The notes beneath the pieces were generated by a model, which was given only the letters and a program-made list of their open reading frames with translations, had not been told where the DNA came from and ran no database searches. A program made the position numbers and the translations under genes. Positions 35,348 through 45,556 of a stretch of 64,000 bases of DNA are shown in pieces (position 1 is the first letter of the stretch; each line of letters begins with the position of its first letter). This stretch comes from Mayamaea pseudoterrestris (taxonomy: Eukaryota): contig BROI01000008.1 of assembly GCA_027923505.1 (NCBI GenBank), positions 1-64,000 of the forward strand, given 5' to 3'.

Positions 35348-36613
35348 ATGATCCGCCAAGCAACAAAGGTGGACGATTATAGCGGCAAAAATGCGGAAAG
35401 AACGTTTCATCAACAACGACATGATATCAATACGTATCCATGCATTGTCGCTTGTGGGTACCGTCACGTCTTGATTCGTAAAACGCGTCGAACCTTTCCG
35501 GCATGGTTGATTGCCTTTGACGACTCGCAACGAAATATCGCCTGGCGAACCAAGCACGACTTTTTGATCCTACAGCGATCCATCAAGTCGACAAGCATTC
35601 AATTATCAAAGACAAGTCTCAGCAAGCTTGCGGATGCAGCCCCGTGGGTGGCGCCATCAATGGAAGTTACGGCAGCAGTCTTCGTCGACGCAGTCGACGG
35701 CGAAGCAGCAATCATCAACAACTGGGAACGAAAGATGCAAAAGAATTTGCTGCAGATCAATCAGTTCATGCAAAAATGCTGCGCGAGTAAAGTAGAACCA
35801 GTTTCATCTGCTTGGAAAATCTTTGCTCGACCTGGTAATTCCGAGCATGTCATGGATCCGCGCTCTTGCAGTATAATAAACACTTGCAACGAACAAGACG
35901 AACAACAAAGCCATGAGCTGGGCCAGTACTTTTGCAGCTCCGAGAATGCTTCATTCCTGATTGACAAGTGTTTCGAACAGATTCGTAGCCGGTTTGGTGC
36001 GGGTGACGACAGCGTCAGCAACAAGCCCGACATTGTTTTCGTTGAGCCAAGTGTGGGGCGAGGTGATATCGTTGCGGCGTTGTGCAGCAGGCTACAACAA
36101 GATGGTCATTCAATTAGCAATCAAACGATACAGATCCTTGGCTTTGACTTGGACGCATCGGCTGTGGATCATTGCCGACAGCAGGAGTTTGCGGGCACAA
36201 CGAACGGCAAGCTCGCGTTTGCCACTGCCGATTTTTTGCAGACGCACCGCCGGGACCATGTTTCCAGCGATAATGCCATTGTCGTCTTTGTCGGGAATCC
36301 ACCCTTTGTCGCACACGGCGAGATTAATGGCATGCCGCAATCACAACAGCAGCCAGAGAGAAACATTTGCTTACGGTTCATCCAGCACGCGCTGCTGGAA
36401 TGGAACGCGCAGTTGGTCGCATTCATCATGCCACAACGATTCCGTTGCTGTGACTATTCCGCAGTCTCATTGATGTCAAGCATGACGCTCCAATGGGAAA
36501 CGTTGGAACTCCCGTCGAAACGCTTCTTCTTCCAGGGCAATGTTGCCGTGCAGCAGCCAGCCATTTTGCAATGCTTTTGGTCGGAGAATAAGGCTCTCAA
36601 ACGCCATGCATGA
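35348..36613 (+). CDS. SAM-dependent amino-methyltransferase, N6-adenine DNA methylase-like (gamma-type motif order), with PX-like N-terminal region; copy 1
   Basis: ELGQYFCS (motif X-like), FVEPSVGRGDIV (motif I), ILGFDLD (II), ADFL (III), FVGNPPF (IV), RFIQHAL (V) and VAFIMPQRF (VI). Intronless, 421 aa. Substrate cannot be established from sequence alone. Confidence 0.8.
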   Translation: MIRQATKVDDYSGKNAERTFHQQRHDINTYPCIVACGYRHVLIRKTRRTFPAWLIAFDDSQRNIAWRTKHDFLILQRSIKSTSIQLSKTSLSKLADAAPWVAPSMEVTAAVFVDAVDGEAAIINNWERKMQKNLLQINQFMQKCCASKVEPVSSAWKIFARPGNSEHVMDPRSCSIINTCNEQDEQQSHELGQYFCSSENASFLIDKCFEQIRSRFGAGDDSVSNKPDIVFVEPSVGRGDIVAALCSRLQQDGHSISNQTIQILGFDLDASAVDHCRQQEFAGTTNGKLAFATADFLQTHRRDHVSSDNAIVVFVGNPPFVAHGEINGMPQSQQQPERNICLRFIQHALLEWNAQLVAFIMPQRFRCCDYSAVSLMSSMTLQWETLELPSKRFFFQGNVAVQQPAILQCFWSENKALKRHA

Positions 36614-37737
36614 TGACAAAGTGTATAGCTGTCAATCCTAGGATAAACTGGAATGTTTGACGCAATAATTCACGGCGTTGTTGAAATAGAATGGAACAAG
36701 CTGATTCTTCTTTACAACAGTGATCACTAACGCGCGACAAGTAGAATACCAGTAATAAAAGGAAAGCATTACACTTGAAAGCAAAGACTTGCTAATTCTC
36801 TTTAAGTGACGCGAAACAAACCCCTGCACGAATTGTGACGAAAGAACAATTGCAAATGCATTCCGCCGAGCCGATACGTGCAAGCGACAAGCACGCCAAC
36901 ACTTGCCGCACATCCCAAAGTGCACAGCGCCTGAACAGTATTGTTTTAATGTGAGTCTTCAGGAAAGCAAGCGAACTTTGGAAGCACTGTGGACTTTCGA
37001 GTTTCTTGACATCTTCCGCCAGTGACGTCGAGGTGTGCGGCTTGGGAAGTCAATGGAAGCAGCAGCAGCCATGCACCATCCATACCGACATCAAAAAAGC
37101 GAAATCTAGTGTATCGCAGCTGATCGAACCGCGATCCTGTAACTCGCCCTCCATCTCGCAACGGACACACCGACAGATGCTTTGTTGGTATCGAGTGATT
37201 GAGTGCGCAGTCACGCGCAGCGGGGTGTCAGAGTGACGCTATTTCAGCGCACCTGCACAAGCTGTGACGAAGGAGCATATTGTTGTCAATACAGCCATTG
37301 CCGTCATAGAAACAGTACCGGTATGAAGTATATATCAAATAGTTCGCATATTGCATGCCATCAATATTATTTGTCGGCAGGCTTGGGCACCACTTTCATT
37401 CATACCGGTAAGTCAACCGGCAATTGGGCCATAGAGCTCTCTCTATATCAGCCAATTTACTGCAGCAAAGCGTCTTGTCGAGATCGTCATATTTTAATGA
37501 TGAATTGGCCTTTCGTTAGTCAATGGCGGTGACGAAGACGACTCGAATGATTGTCACGAGCCACCGCCGCCAAATGCTTCGCGCTGGGACAGCTCATGCC
37601 TTGTATACTTTATCGTTAGCGTTGTTAGCGTCATTAACGTGCAATAAAATCTTTGACAGAGTCACCATCCATTAGTAAACAACAGCAGGAGTCGGAGACA
37701 GCATGGACGAATGCCGACGGCTTGAACACGCAGTGAA

Positions 37738-38104
37738 GAAACGAGTGTCAGTGAAAACTGCGTCATGAGGCAATACTACGAAACGAGTGCCAGTGTCAAA
37801 TACGTCATTAGGCAATAGTGCGAAACAAATGCCAGTGAAAACTACGTCATCAGGCAATAGTGTGAAACGAGTGCCAGTGAAAACTGCGTCACATTGTATT
37901 GGTGCGAAACGAGTGCCAGTGATAACAGCGTCACAAGGCAATAATACGAAACGAGTGCCAGTGAAAACTGCGTCATAAGGCAATAATGCGAAACGAGTGC
38001 CAGTGTCAATTACGTCATTAAGGCAATAGTGCGAAACGAGTGCCAATGTCAATTACGTCATCAAGGCAATATTGCGAAACGAGTGCCAGTGTCAATTACG
38101 TCAC
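37738..38104 (+). repeat. 42-bp minisatellite, ~8.7 units (duplication copy 1)
   Basis: GAAACGAGTGCCAGTG(AAAA/TCAA)..CGTCA..AGGCAATA units; same family as 5504 and 63875. Confidence 0.95.
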
Positions 38105-39002
38105 TACCGGTCATCACCACGCGATTCACCGCATTTGCGACCTTTCGGCCACTGAAAATGGCCATCGCTCTCTCTCATCCTTGACTTTTGGATTGAATAA
38201 GCAGCTGTCCTGCATTCAGTATGATAAGATGGGTCAATTGATCTTAATTACTGGCGCAACACATGGAAACAGTCGTGGCCTTCGGTATAAAGGCTCGGCG
38301 ATATTGACGCTTGCTCGATGCTCGATGCTCAATGACCGATCAAGCAGTTGAAATGCCGTAGTTGACGGGTTTGAAGTGAAACTGCCAATAAGAGTTTCGC
38401 GTGTGTATTTGGTGCCTTTCAGTAATCATTTGCGTCAGTGGCGTCAGCTGAAAAGCTTTACGTGCTCTACGTTGGACGCTGGGACGCGTCTATTATGGAC
38501 CGAAGCCACACTGCATTCACGTGGAGCTCTTGAAATGCTTTTTTGATGAATCATGCTCGGCACAAGAGAAAGAAACTGGTGTGTAAGACTCGTTCATGAT
38601 TGAAATATGGAGCAATTCGAGCGTGGCATCAACGTTTCCGCCAATCAGCCGCCGTCAATACTTCATGCGTCGTCGCTCAATCTATTCGATATCTTCATGT
38701 AAAACATTTACGCAAGCTCCAAAACGAGAGTTGCAACGATTGGGATACAGTTATTTATCTGTATGTTATCAAGCTCTCAATGACACTGTTGTCCATCATG
38801 GCGTGAACTTCCGCATTTGGAAGCAACCTTGGTTGAGCGACTTCAATAACTTTCTATACACAATCACCCGTAGTCAAGCATACGTTTCTAATGCTAATAT
38901 TAATACTTTCATTCGATTTCGTTAACATGTCCTAGGCAAATAAACCGCTATGACCATGCGCAGCGCATAGAGTTGACGACAAAACGGTTCAGGTTCACGT
39001 CA

Positions 39003-40418
39003 TTAGCGTCCATCCAATGATACGTAAACAACACTTCTCTCGCCCGTCATCCAGTCTTCAACCGTCAATTGCAACTGTTCGCCAGGCTTTCGTCGGTCCA
39101 TCTCCTTTTGCAGCGCCCGATAGTCTGTGACATTGTTTCCGCCCACGACGACAATGGCTTGACCCGCAACGACACTCGCCGTAAGCTCATCCACCCGGAT
39201 ACCAAGCAGGTTGGCACGTTCAGCGGCTGAATTGGGCTCGATGCTTGCGATCCAGTTTTTGGATAGCAACTTGCTACGCTCTGGTCGCAAAGTACTCCCA
39301 AAACCTGTTCGCTCTGTAGCAGCATCATCATAATCGCGTCGCTGCTTGACAATTTTGACCCCCAGTCTTGCGACTCCGCGTGCCGTCTTGGCCACATCAA
39401 CGCGAATCATGTCCATAACGACGGGTCGTACTTGGTCGGACGGAACGGCGAAACCAACACCGGCGCTCGATCCTGACGTTGTCACAATGGCTGTATTGAC
39501 ACCGACGACTTGACCCTTGGCGTTCAGGAGCGGCCCACCCGAGTTGCCCGGATTAATGGCGCAGTCAGTTTGAATGCAGTTGCGAATTGGTGTGGTTGCA
39601 ATGGGCATGTTGCGGCTGCGACTGGTATAAATGTCGCGATTCAAGGCAGACACAACACCAGTCGTGACGGTTGTATCTAGTCCAAAGGGATTGCCAATCG
39701 CAATGAGATTCTGTCCGACGAGTAGATCCGACGAAGACCCAAAAGAAAGCGGCTCGCCAAATGATGTTGCGATGTTTGTTTCGTTACTACTTGATTCCAA
39801 GCGCAAGACGGCAATGTCAATGTCAGGATTCGTATCGACAATCCTAGCCTTGTAGTACTGCTTTGAACCTTGCAGCCGCACAAAGACTTGAGCTGCTACT
39901 GCTGCTGCATCTTGCGACGATGATGCTAGACATGGAAACCTCAGCTTTTGTCGAAATGATTGCATTCGCTCCTCCGCCCGTTGAATCAACCATGCTTGCT
40001 CAACGACGTGAAAGTTTGTCACCAAGTAGCCTCGAGCATCAACAACGAAGGCCGAACCGGATCCAAGCGGACGACCCATGGGTAGATTATCATTCCTTCT
40101 GGAGTTGTCGCGTCGATGATTGCGTCGCCTTGCATTCGGCGTCGTCGGCATGGGTGCGACGGATGTGACAAACGCAACGAGAGGACTAGCCTTTCGGACG
40201 ACTCTTACGACAGACTTTTCATCCCTCGACAAATCCTGTTCCAGTTCCTCTGCAGATACTTTGAAAGCTGACATCTGTAGCTTACTACTCTTTGACATTG
40301 ATGTAAATTGTGATCGTTTTGGCAGTCTTGGAAATGTTTCGGTCGAAAAGTTGCTTCCAACGATGACGAGGCTGAAAATGATAGCCAGCAGCAAGATCTT
40401 TTCCCATTGACGCTTCAT
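39003..40418 (-). CDS. Deg/HtrA trypsin-like serine protease with PDZ-like C-terminus and N-terminal signal peptide; copy 1
   Basis: GSGSAFV, triad motifs VTNFHVV, DIAVL and IQTDCAINPGNSGGPLLN, plus LIAIGNPFGLD. Hydrophobic N-terminus suggests ER or plastid targeting (inference). Confidence 0.95.
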   Translation of the reverse strand: MKRQWEKILLLAIIFSLVIVGSNFSTETFPRLPKRSQFTSMSKSSKLQMSAFKVSAEELEQDLSRDEKSVVRVVRKASPLVAFVTSVAPMPTTPNARRRNHRRDNSRRNDNLPMGRPLGSGSAFVVDARGYLVTNFHVVEQAWLIQRAEERMQSFRQKLRFPCLASSSQDAAAVAAQVFVRLQGSKQYYKARIVDTNPDIDIAVLRLESSSNETNIATSFGEPLSFGSSSDLLVGQNLIAIGNPFGLDTTVTTGVVSALNRDIYTSRSRNMPIATTPIRNCIQTDCAINPGNSGGPLLNAKGQVVGVNTAIVTTSGSSAGVGFAVPSDQVRPVVMDMIRVDVAKTARGVARLGVKIVKQRRDYDDAATERTGFGSTLRPERSKLLSKNWIASIEPNSAAERANLLGIRVDELTASVVAGQAIVVVGGNNVTDYRALQKEMDRRKPGEQLQLTVEDWMTGERSVVYVSLDGR

Positions 40419-40678
40419 GTTGCCACACTGAAATGTTCATTTACTGCTACCGTCCGAACGTGCCTGCATCTCTCGCGCATGAGAGGACGGGAGCTGACTC
40501 GTTCACCATGGCGAATGGCGACGAAAGAATTCACTGCCAAAACCGATGCGCTGGTGAAAATAAGAATGGTATCTTATAATCACACCGGTTATGGATGGGT
40601 TGAGCATGGCCTCATTTTTCTTGTCGACGATGCGCCAATGTCAAGCAATTAGATAGATTGAATCAAGCAGTCTGGGCA

Positions 40679-42718
40679 ATGAGAATGAAGCAAATAATAA
40701 CAAATCGAGCAAGACGCTGTCGCTCATTCATACTCTTGCTACTGCTAATAGTTTCAACTAGTATTTGTGTTGCTGCACGTGATTCTAGCAAAGCCAGCAG
40801 AAGTAAGGATGCAGCAGCAGCAGCATCTAGCACTAGCAACAATTCATTCACCAAGGCTCGACTGTCGACCATGCCAGGCGCCTCCAGACTACCGCTACAG
40901 CCGCCGCTCATGGTCCAGCGCCACTACGTTCATCACAAGGGTCACACTGAAACAACGGCGAGTCCTATCATGCAGGAGGCGCATGACGAGCCAATTGAAC
41001 AACAACAAGTCTTGGAGCAGCAGCAGCAGCAGCAAGTAGTACAAAAAGAACAAGAAAAGCGAAAATTGCAATTGGAGTCAGCTATAGCACAAAAACTGAA
41101 CCACGAACGGAGAGAAGCAAGCAACTTTGCCGCTGAAAGTAGCCATCATGACGTTCCAAGCCATGACAGCCATTACTTTACAGCAGCGTTACCAATCACC
41201 AATCCACTTTCTTCCTCCTCCTCGGCATCTTCATCTGCTACATTGGAACTACCTATGCAGGAAAGGCTTGTTCCTCGAGGAGGCCGACGATCGAGTCACC
41301 AGGAAAATGAGATTGTTGCCACTCGAGTTGCTCCTCCGATGCATCATGACGAAATGTCCATTGCCTCGTCACCACCACCAACTCCTGGTACCGCCTCGAT
41401 TCTGTCGGAAGTCATGACGCTCACCAAGGCCATTGTAGGAGCTGGCGTCTTGGGACTTCCGGCTGGTTTGGCAACCTTTTACACGCTGGCAGCAACACAT
41501 GACATGCAGATGGGAACGGAAGGAACGAGTGCTACGTTTGCTACTGCATCATCATCATATTCACTTGGTCACACCATTTTTGGACCAACGCTACTACTCA
41601 TTACCGCCATTGGAAGCGCCAGCGCCATTGGTTTTGACTGCATTGCCAGTGTTTGCGACACCAGTCACTCCGTTTCGTATAGAGAAGCATGGGCACGTAC
41701 CGTGTCGCCAAAAACCTCATACATTCCAGCCATTGCCTGTCTACTCGTCACAACATGCACAACGGTGACTTGCAGCATGATTCTCAAGTCCAACCTTGGC
41801 ACAGTAACGTTTCTATTTACGACACTTTGCGTCTTGTTGCCACTCTGTTTGCAGCAGTCGCTCCAAAAGCTGGCACCATTCTCCGTTGTCGGAACCATTG
41901 GCATGATTTACACGGCAGTCGTCATGCTGCTGCGATACGTTTCGGGTGCGTATACCGCAGCAAGCAAGTTTGCATTCTTGAACGACATGGAGGAGTCCGT
42001 CAAGCCAGTACTGGGAAAGTTGGTCAAGAGTGGAGGATCGGCATCAACAGCGGCTGCAGCAGTCGCCAATCCATGGCTGAGTTTGCTCAACCTACCAAAA
42101 GCTGCCATTTTGATCAGTATGCTATCCACCTCCTTCATGGCACACTACAATGCACCAAAACTTTACTGGGAGTTGCGCGACACCAGTCCCCAGCGATTCC
42201 GCAAGGTGATATTGGGTGGATTTGGGCTAGCCGTTGCACTCATGTCAACCATTGCACTGAGCGGCTTTCTCACCTTTGGGAGCGCATCAGCCGGCATGAT
42301 TTTGCGCAACTACGCGTCAACGGATGGACTTGCCGTGCTCGCCAAGGCGGCCGTGACAATGTCGGTCATTTTCACCGTGCCATTGGCTTTTTGCGGCGTG
42401 CGCAACGGTGCGCTCGACTTGCTCATGGTGGCTCCCGAGCAACGGCAGGGTCGAGTGACAACCATGGCAACCGTGGCTGGACTAGCGCTTGTAACGTGCT
42501 TGGCACTAGTGTTGAAGGATGTTCGCCTCGTCTTGGCGCTGGGTGGTTCAACGTGGGGCATGTGCGTCATTTACTTGTTTCCGGCGCTCATGGTCATCCA
42601 CGGAGCTGAAACATATCCAGTGCTCAAGCCAAAGGTACAAATGGCAAAGATACTCGGAGGAGTTGGTCTCGTGGTGGGGACAATGGGTATTTATCGAACA
42701 CTTACAACGCTAATATAA
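40679..42718 (+). CDS. Amino-acid transporter (AAAP/SLC38-like) with long low-complexity N-terminal extension; copy 1
   Basis: LTKAIVGAGVLGLPAG, LLPLCL...LAPFSVVG, STSFMAHYNAPK and GFLTFGS...ILRNY; about ten hydrophobic segments. First ATG at 40679. Confidence 0.92.
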   Translation: MRMKQIITNRARRCRSFILLLLLIVSTSICVAARDSSKASRSKDAAAAASSTSNNSFTKARLSTMPGASRLPLQPPLMVQRHYVHHKGHTETTASPIMQEAHDEPIEQQQVLEQQQQQQVVQKEQEKRKLQLESAIAQKLNHERREASNFAAESSHHDVPSHDSHYFTAALPITNPLSSSSSASSSATLELPMQERLVPRGGRRSSHQENEIVATRVAPPMHHDEMSIASSPPPTPGTASILSEVMTLTKAIVGAGVLGLPAGLATFYTLAATHDMQMGTEGTSATFATASSSYSLGHTIFGPTLLLITAIGSASAIGFDCIASVCDTSHSVSYREAWARTVSPKTSYIPAIACLLVTTCTTVTCSMILKSNLGTVTFLFTTLCVLLPLCLQQSLQKLAPFSVVGTIGMIYTAVVMLLRYVSGAYTAASKFAFLNDMEESVKPVLGKLVKSGGSASTAAAAVANPWLSLLNLPKAAILISMLSTSFMAHYNAPKLYWELRDTSPQRFRKVILGGFGLAVALMSTIALSGFLTFGSASAGMILRNYASTDGLAVLAKAAVTMSVIFTVPLAFCGVRNGALDLLMVAPEQRQGRVTTMATVAGLALVTCLALVLKDVRLVLALGGSTWGMCVIYLFPALMVIHGAETYPVLKPKVQMAKILGGVGLVVGTMGIYRTLTTLI

Positions 42719-42785
42719 TGTTGCGACAATGTCAATACAATAGTCTTGCTATCATCCAAAATAGTTATCAAACCTTGTAAAAGTT

Positions 42786-44450
42786 TTACTCAAATCGCGA
42801 CTTTTGCTTTTGCTGGCGCATCCTCCATGTAGCTAGTTTCACAAGAATGGCAACGACTACAAACGCACCAAGTCCAATCTCCAAGGTGGAAGTTTGACTA
42901 ACTGGCGGCAAGGCAGCTAGCGCGTGCGCTTCCAACGAGCGGGCAGCTTTCAGCAAACCTACTTTTCCGCCCGACGCTGTGGCTTCTTCTCCTACATTCG
43001 ACTCAATCACAAAGGGTTGTATTACTTCACCCGCCATGCCGCGCGACAGCGTTTCCGCCACCCCGTAGTTGGCAGCAATTTCCTCAAACGGCACCCACTC
43101 CAAGTTGCCGCACTTGTTCACCTCCATGCGCCGCTCGCGCAAGTTGATTCCGGTAAAGTCACGTATTTGCGTCAAATTGCGCTTATTGCCGAGTCCGTAG
43201 CGCGAGTTGCGAATGAGGTTTATGGTTGCTTGCTGTGCCGGTGTTAAATGAACAGGTTCGTCAATGCCTAGTAAAAGATTGACTCGCTTGGTTCCTGTGG
43301 ATGATACTTTGGATCGTTGGTCTTCACTCTCCTTTAGAAACAGTGGCATGTTTTTGTCAAATATAAGTCTTCGTTCTCCGGACGCGCCCCAGGTGTGCAC
43401 GACTGGATTACTTTGATGTCCATGATAGTCATGCGTCACAAGCACCTTGTCGGGCGTGTAAACGTCGTAGCCATGCGAAAAGAAGCGAATGCCCCGACTT
43501 CCCTCCTCTCCGTCAAACACGTTGGTCGTATAGGGATCGACGGGAACGTTGAGTTCGGCGTGGCAGCGATGAAAGGATAGACCAGCGCCCCACATGGCGT
43601 TGGTCAACTTTGGTCGACGCAACCACTTGCATTCCTTGGTGCCCCAGTTGCGAATCGTTGTGGTGAATTGCACCATGCACAAGTTTGGAACGAGAGGTGG
43701 GTCCTTGTTGTTTTCGCTAATGTCAGTCACGTAGGTGGATAGAACGGCGTAGTCGTTCTTGGCGCGATGAAACATGCTCATCAAGCCTATGTCCCAGTCA
43801 TCTGAAAAGTCCATGTGAGAATCTGTTTGCATGCAAAAGTCTTGTAGGTGGACTGGAGTGAGGAGTAGCAGTGAGCTGCTGCTGCTGTCTGTGGCTGCAT
43901 GTTGGGCGTAGCGATAGTCGTGCGAAATCATGGCGCTGAGTTTGCTTCTCGCATCCGTCGGTCCCTTGCTTTCCGAGGCATCCATGGAGTAAACGTAAAT
44001 ATTCTTTCCGAATTCTGCTTGACAGTTTGGATTGTACGTTTCGCAATATTTCTTCCAGCAGGGAGCATCGTCTATAATGTCCGAGTCGGCAATGTTTTGA
44101 TCCACGAGGCGAATATAGATTCGCTCTGGATGCTTGGCCTTGCTCCAAGCATTATGAAGCGTTCGAGGGCAAAGGCGATCGCGAAAGGAAGCAATCAGCA
44201 AGTGAATGGGAGTCTTGGCAGCAGTGTCAGGATGCAGAGTTGGATCATCGTCCTTGTAGTGATAGTGTGGGCATTGTTGATTCTCGTTCTCGTCGCAATC
44301 TTCGGGTGGCTCAACAATGTCAACGTAACCCAAGCCATCGGCGCCCCACGTGGCTCGATTCTCGGGAGTATCGCGGGCAAGGAGAGAAATGCCGTAGGGA
44401 TGCTTGGGGTTCGTCTTCATACTGTCGTCGTCTCCAGAGTTGCGGCTCAT
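42786..44450 (-). CDS. GT60-like GlcNAc transferase (Skp1-hydroxyproline/polypeptide GlcNAc-T family) with C-terminal TM helix; copy 1
   Basis: LLIASFRDRLCPRTLHNAWSKAKHPERIYI, SKGPTDAR, FCMQTDSHMDF..DWD, AVLSTY, WGAGLSF, VPVDPY..VFDGEE and FSHGYDVYTP. Confidence 0.85.
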   Translation of the reverse strand: MSRNSGDDDSMKTNPKHPYGISLLARDTPENRATWGADGLGYVDIVEPPEDCDENENQQCPHYHYKDDDPTLHPDTAAKTPIHLLIASFRDRLCPRTLHNAWSKAKHPERIYIRLVDQNIADSDIIDDAPCWKKYCETYNPNCQAEFGKNIYVYSMDASESKGPTDARSKLSAMISHDYRYAQHAATDSSSSSLLLLTPVHLQDFCMQTDSHMDFSDDWDIGLMSMFHRAKNDYAVLSTYVTDISENNKDPPLVPNLCMVQFTTTIRNWGTKECKWLRRPKLTNAMWGAGLSFHRCHAELNVPVDPYTTNVFDGEEGSRGIRFFSHGYDVYTPDKVLVTHDYHGHQSNPVVHTWGASGERRLIFDKNMPLFLKESEDQRSKVSSTGTKRVNLLLGIDEPVHLTPAQQATINLIRNSRYGLGNKRNLTQIRDFTGINLRERRMEVNKCGNLEWVPFEEIAANYGVAETLSRGMAGEVIQPFVIESNVGEEATASGGKVGLLKAARSLEAHALAALPPVSQTSTLEIGLGAFVVVAILVKLATWRMRQQKQKSRFE

Positions 44451-44578
44451 GAGAGGCGTTATTAGTGTTGGACGGAGGAAGCAGCGTCATGGTCATTATT
44501 TTCAAAGTCATCACCTTTTGAAAAGTCGCTGCGGGACCGAATGGCGCGTCGCAGCGGTGAAGAACTCGAGCAGCGACG

Positions 44579-45462
44579 ATGAGCAACATCCAGCAATCTG
44601 CTCCACCAAAATCCCATGTCGGCGCATCCCATACATTACATCCTGAACATGCCGAGACGATGATCATGAGCCCTGACGAGGTATCATCGCTGCATATGCA
44701 TCATGATCCACTCACAGTCAATACAACTATCAATAATGAGTCGTCCTTTTGTCAAGCCGGCCACATGGGTGGAATGATCATGTACATGGATGGTACGAAT
44801 TGCAGAAACGAACATTAGCATCATGATCGACTCGATTATGATTCTCGCCAATGTTATACCAGACTTACTTAATCTGTCTCATCAATCACTTTACAGGGTT
44901 CCATTTCGGACTCGCTGGAAACCAGCCATGCTTGAACCTGTTCCTTGCGTCATGGACGCTTGACACTCGATTCAAGTTTATGGCTGCCATTCTTGCCGTA
45001 TTTTGCTTGGCAATGCTTGTCGCAGCAAGCAGCAGGATACGAGAGAAATTGACGAGAAGATTATCGCAAATGCAAGCGTCAAGGGTACGACGAAACGCTC
45101 GCATCATTTTCATACTGCATCGCATGGCTGGACCGACGATGCATGCAACGCAAGCCTTGCTGGGATACCTGTTGATGCTTGCCACCATGACCTTTAGCGT
45201 CGAGCTCTTGCTGGCTGTCGTCATTGGACTTGGTGCTGGTCATGCCATGTTCGTTCCGGTAGAGCATGGCGCGAACGACGGAATGTATGCTGCGCAAGTG
45301 GCGTCCGATCCATGCTGTCAGTTTCTAAACCATCGAAACGATTCCGGTGAAGAACATGAGATCCCTGGCACGTCTCGCGGGGAGGCCTCCATGCTGCTGA
45401 CGGAGCGTCTATCCGACGTGGATCCGCTTCTGCCGCGCGGCGGCTCGGACCGTGGACTCTGA
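44579..45462 (+). CDS. CTR: CTR/SLC31 copper transporter; exons 44579-44792 and 44897-45462; copy 1
   Basis: His/Met-rich N-terminus (HMHHD, HMGGMIMYMDG|FHF), LFLASWTL, MxxxM motif (GYLLMLATMTF) and GxxxG in the last TM (GLGAGH). 104-bp GT-AG intron 44793-44896. Confidence 0.92.
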
Positions 45463-45556
45463 CGCTCGCTTGCAACGACGGAGAAATGTTTATGCATATG
45501 GGTGTAATCTCTATTATAATGATACATGTTAGTATTCTAATGTCTTTGATGATTGT

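Noticed and set aside
35348..38925. Complete restriction-modification system or bacterial contaminant
   Set aside because: No endonuclease or specificity ORF is recognisable, and neighbours are eukaryotic genes, some intron-containing, of similar composition.
41689..42609. 306-aa alternative-frame ORF inside the amino-acid transporter (also 53762..54682)
   Set aside because: It fully overlaps a well-supported CDS and has no recognisable motifs; most likely a shadow ORF.
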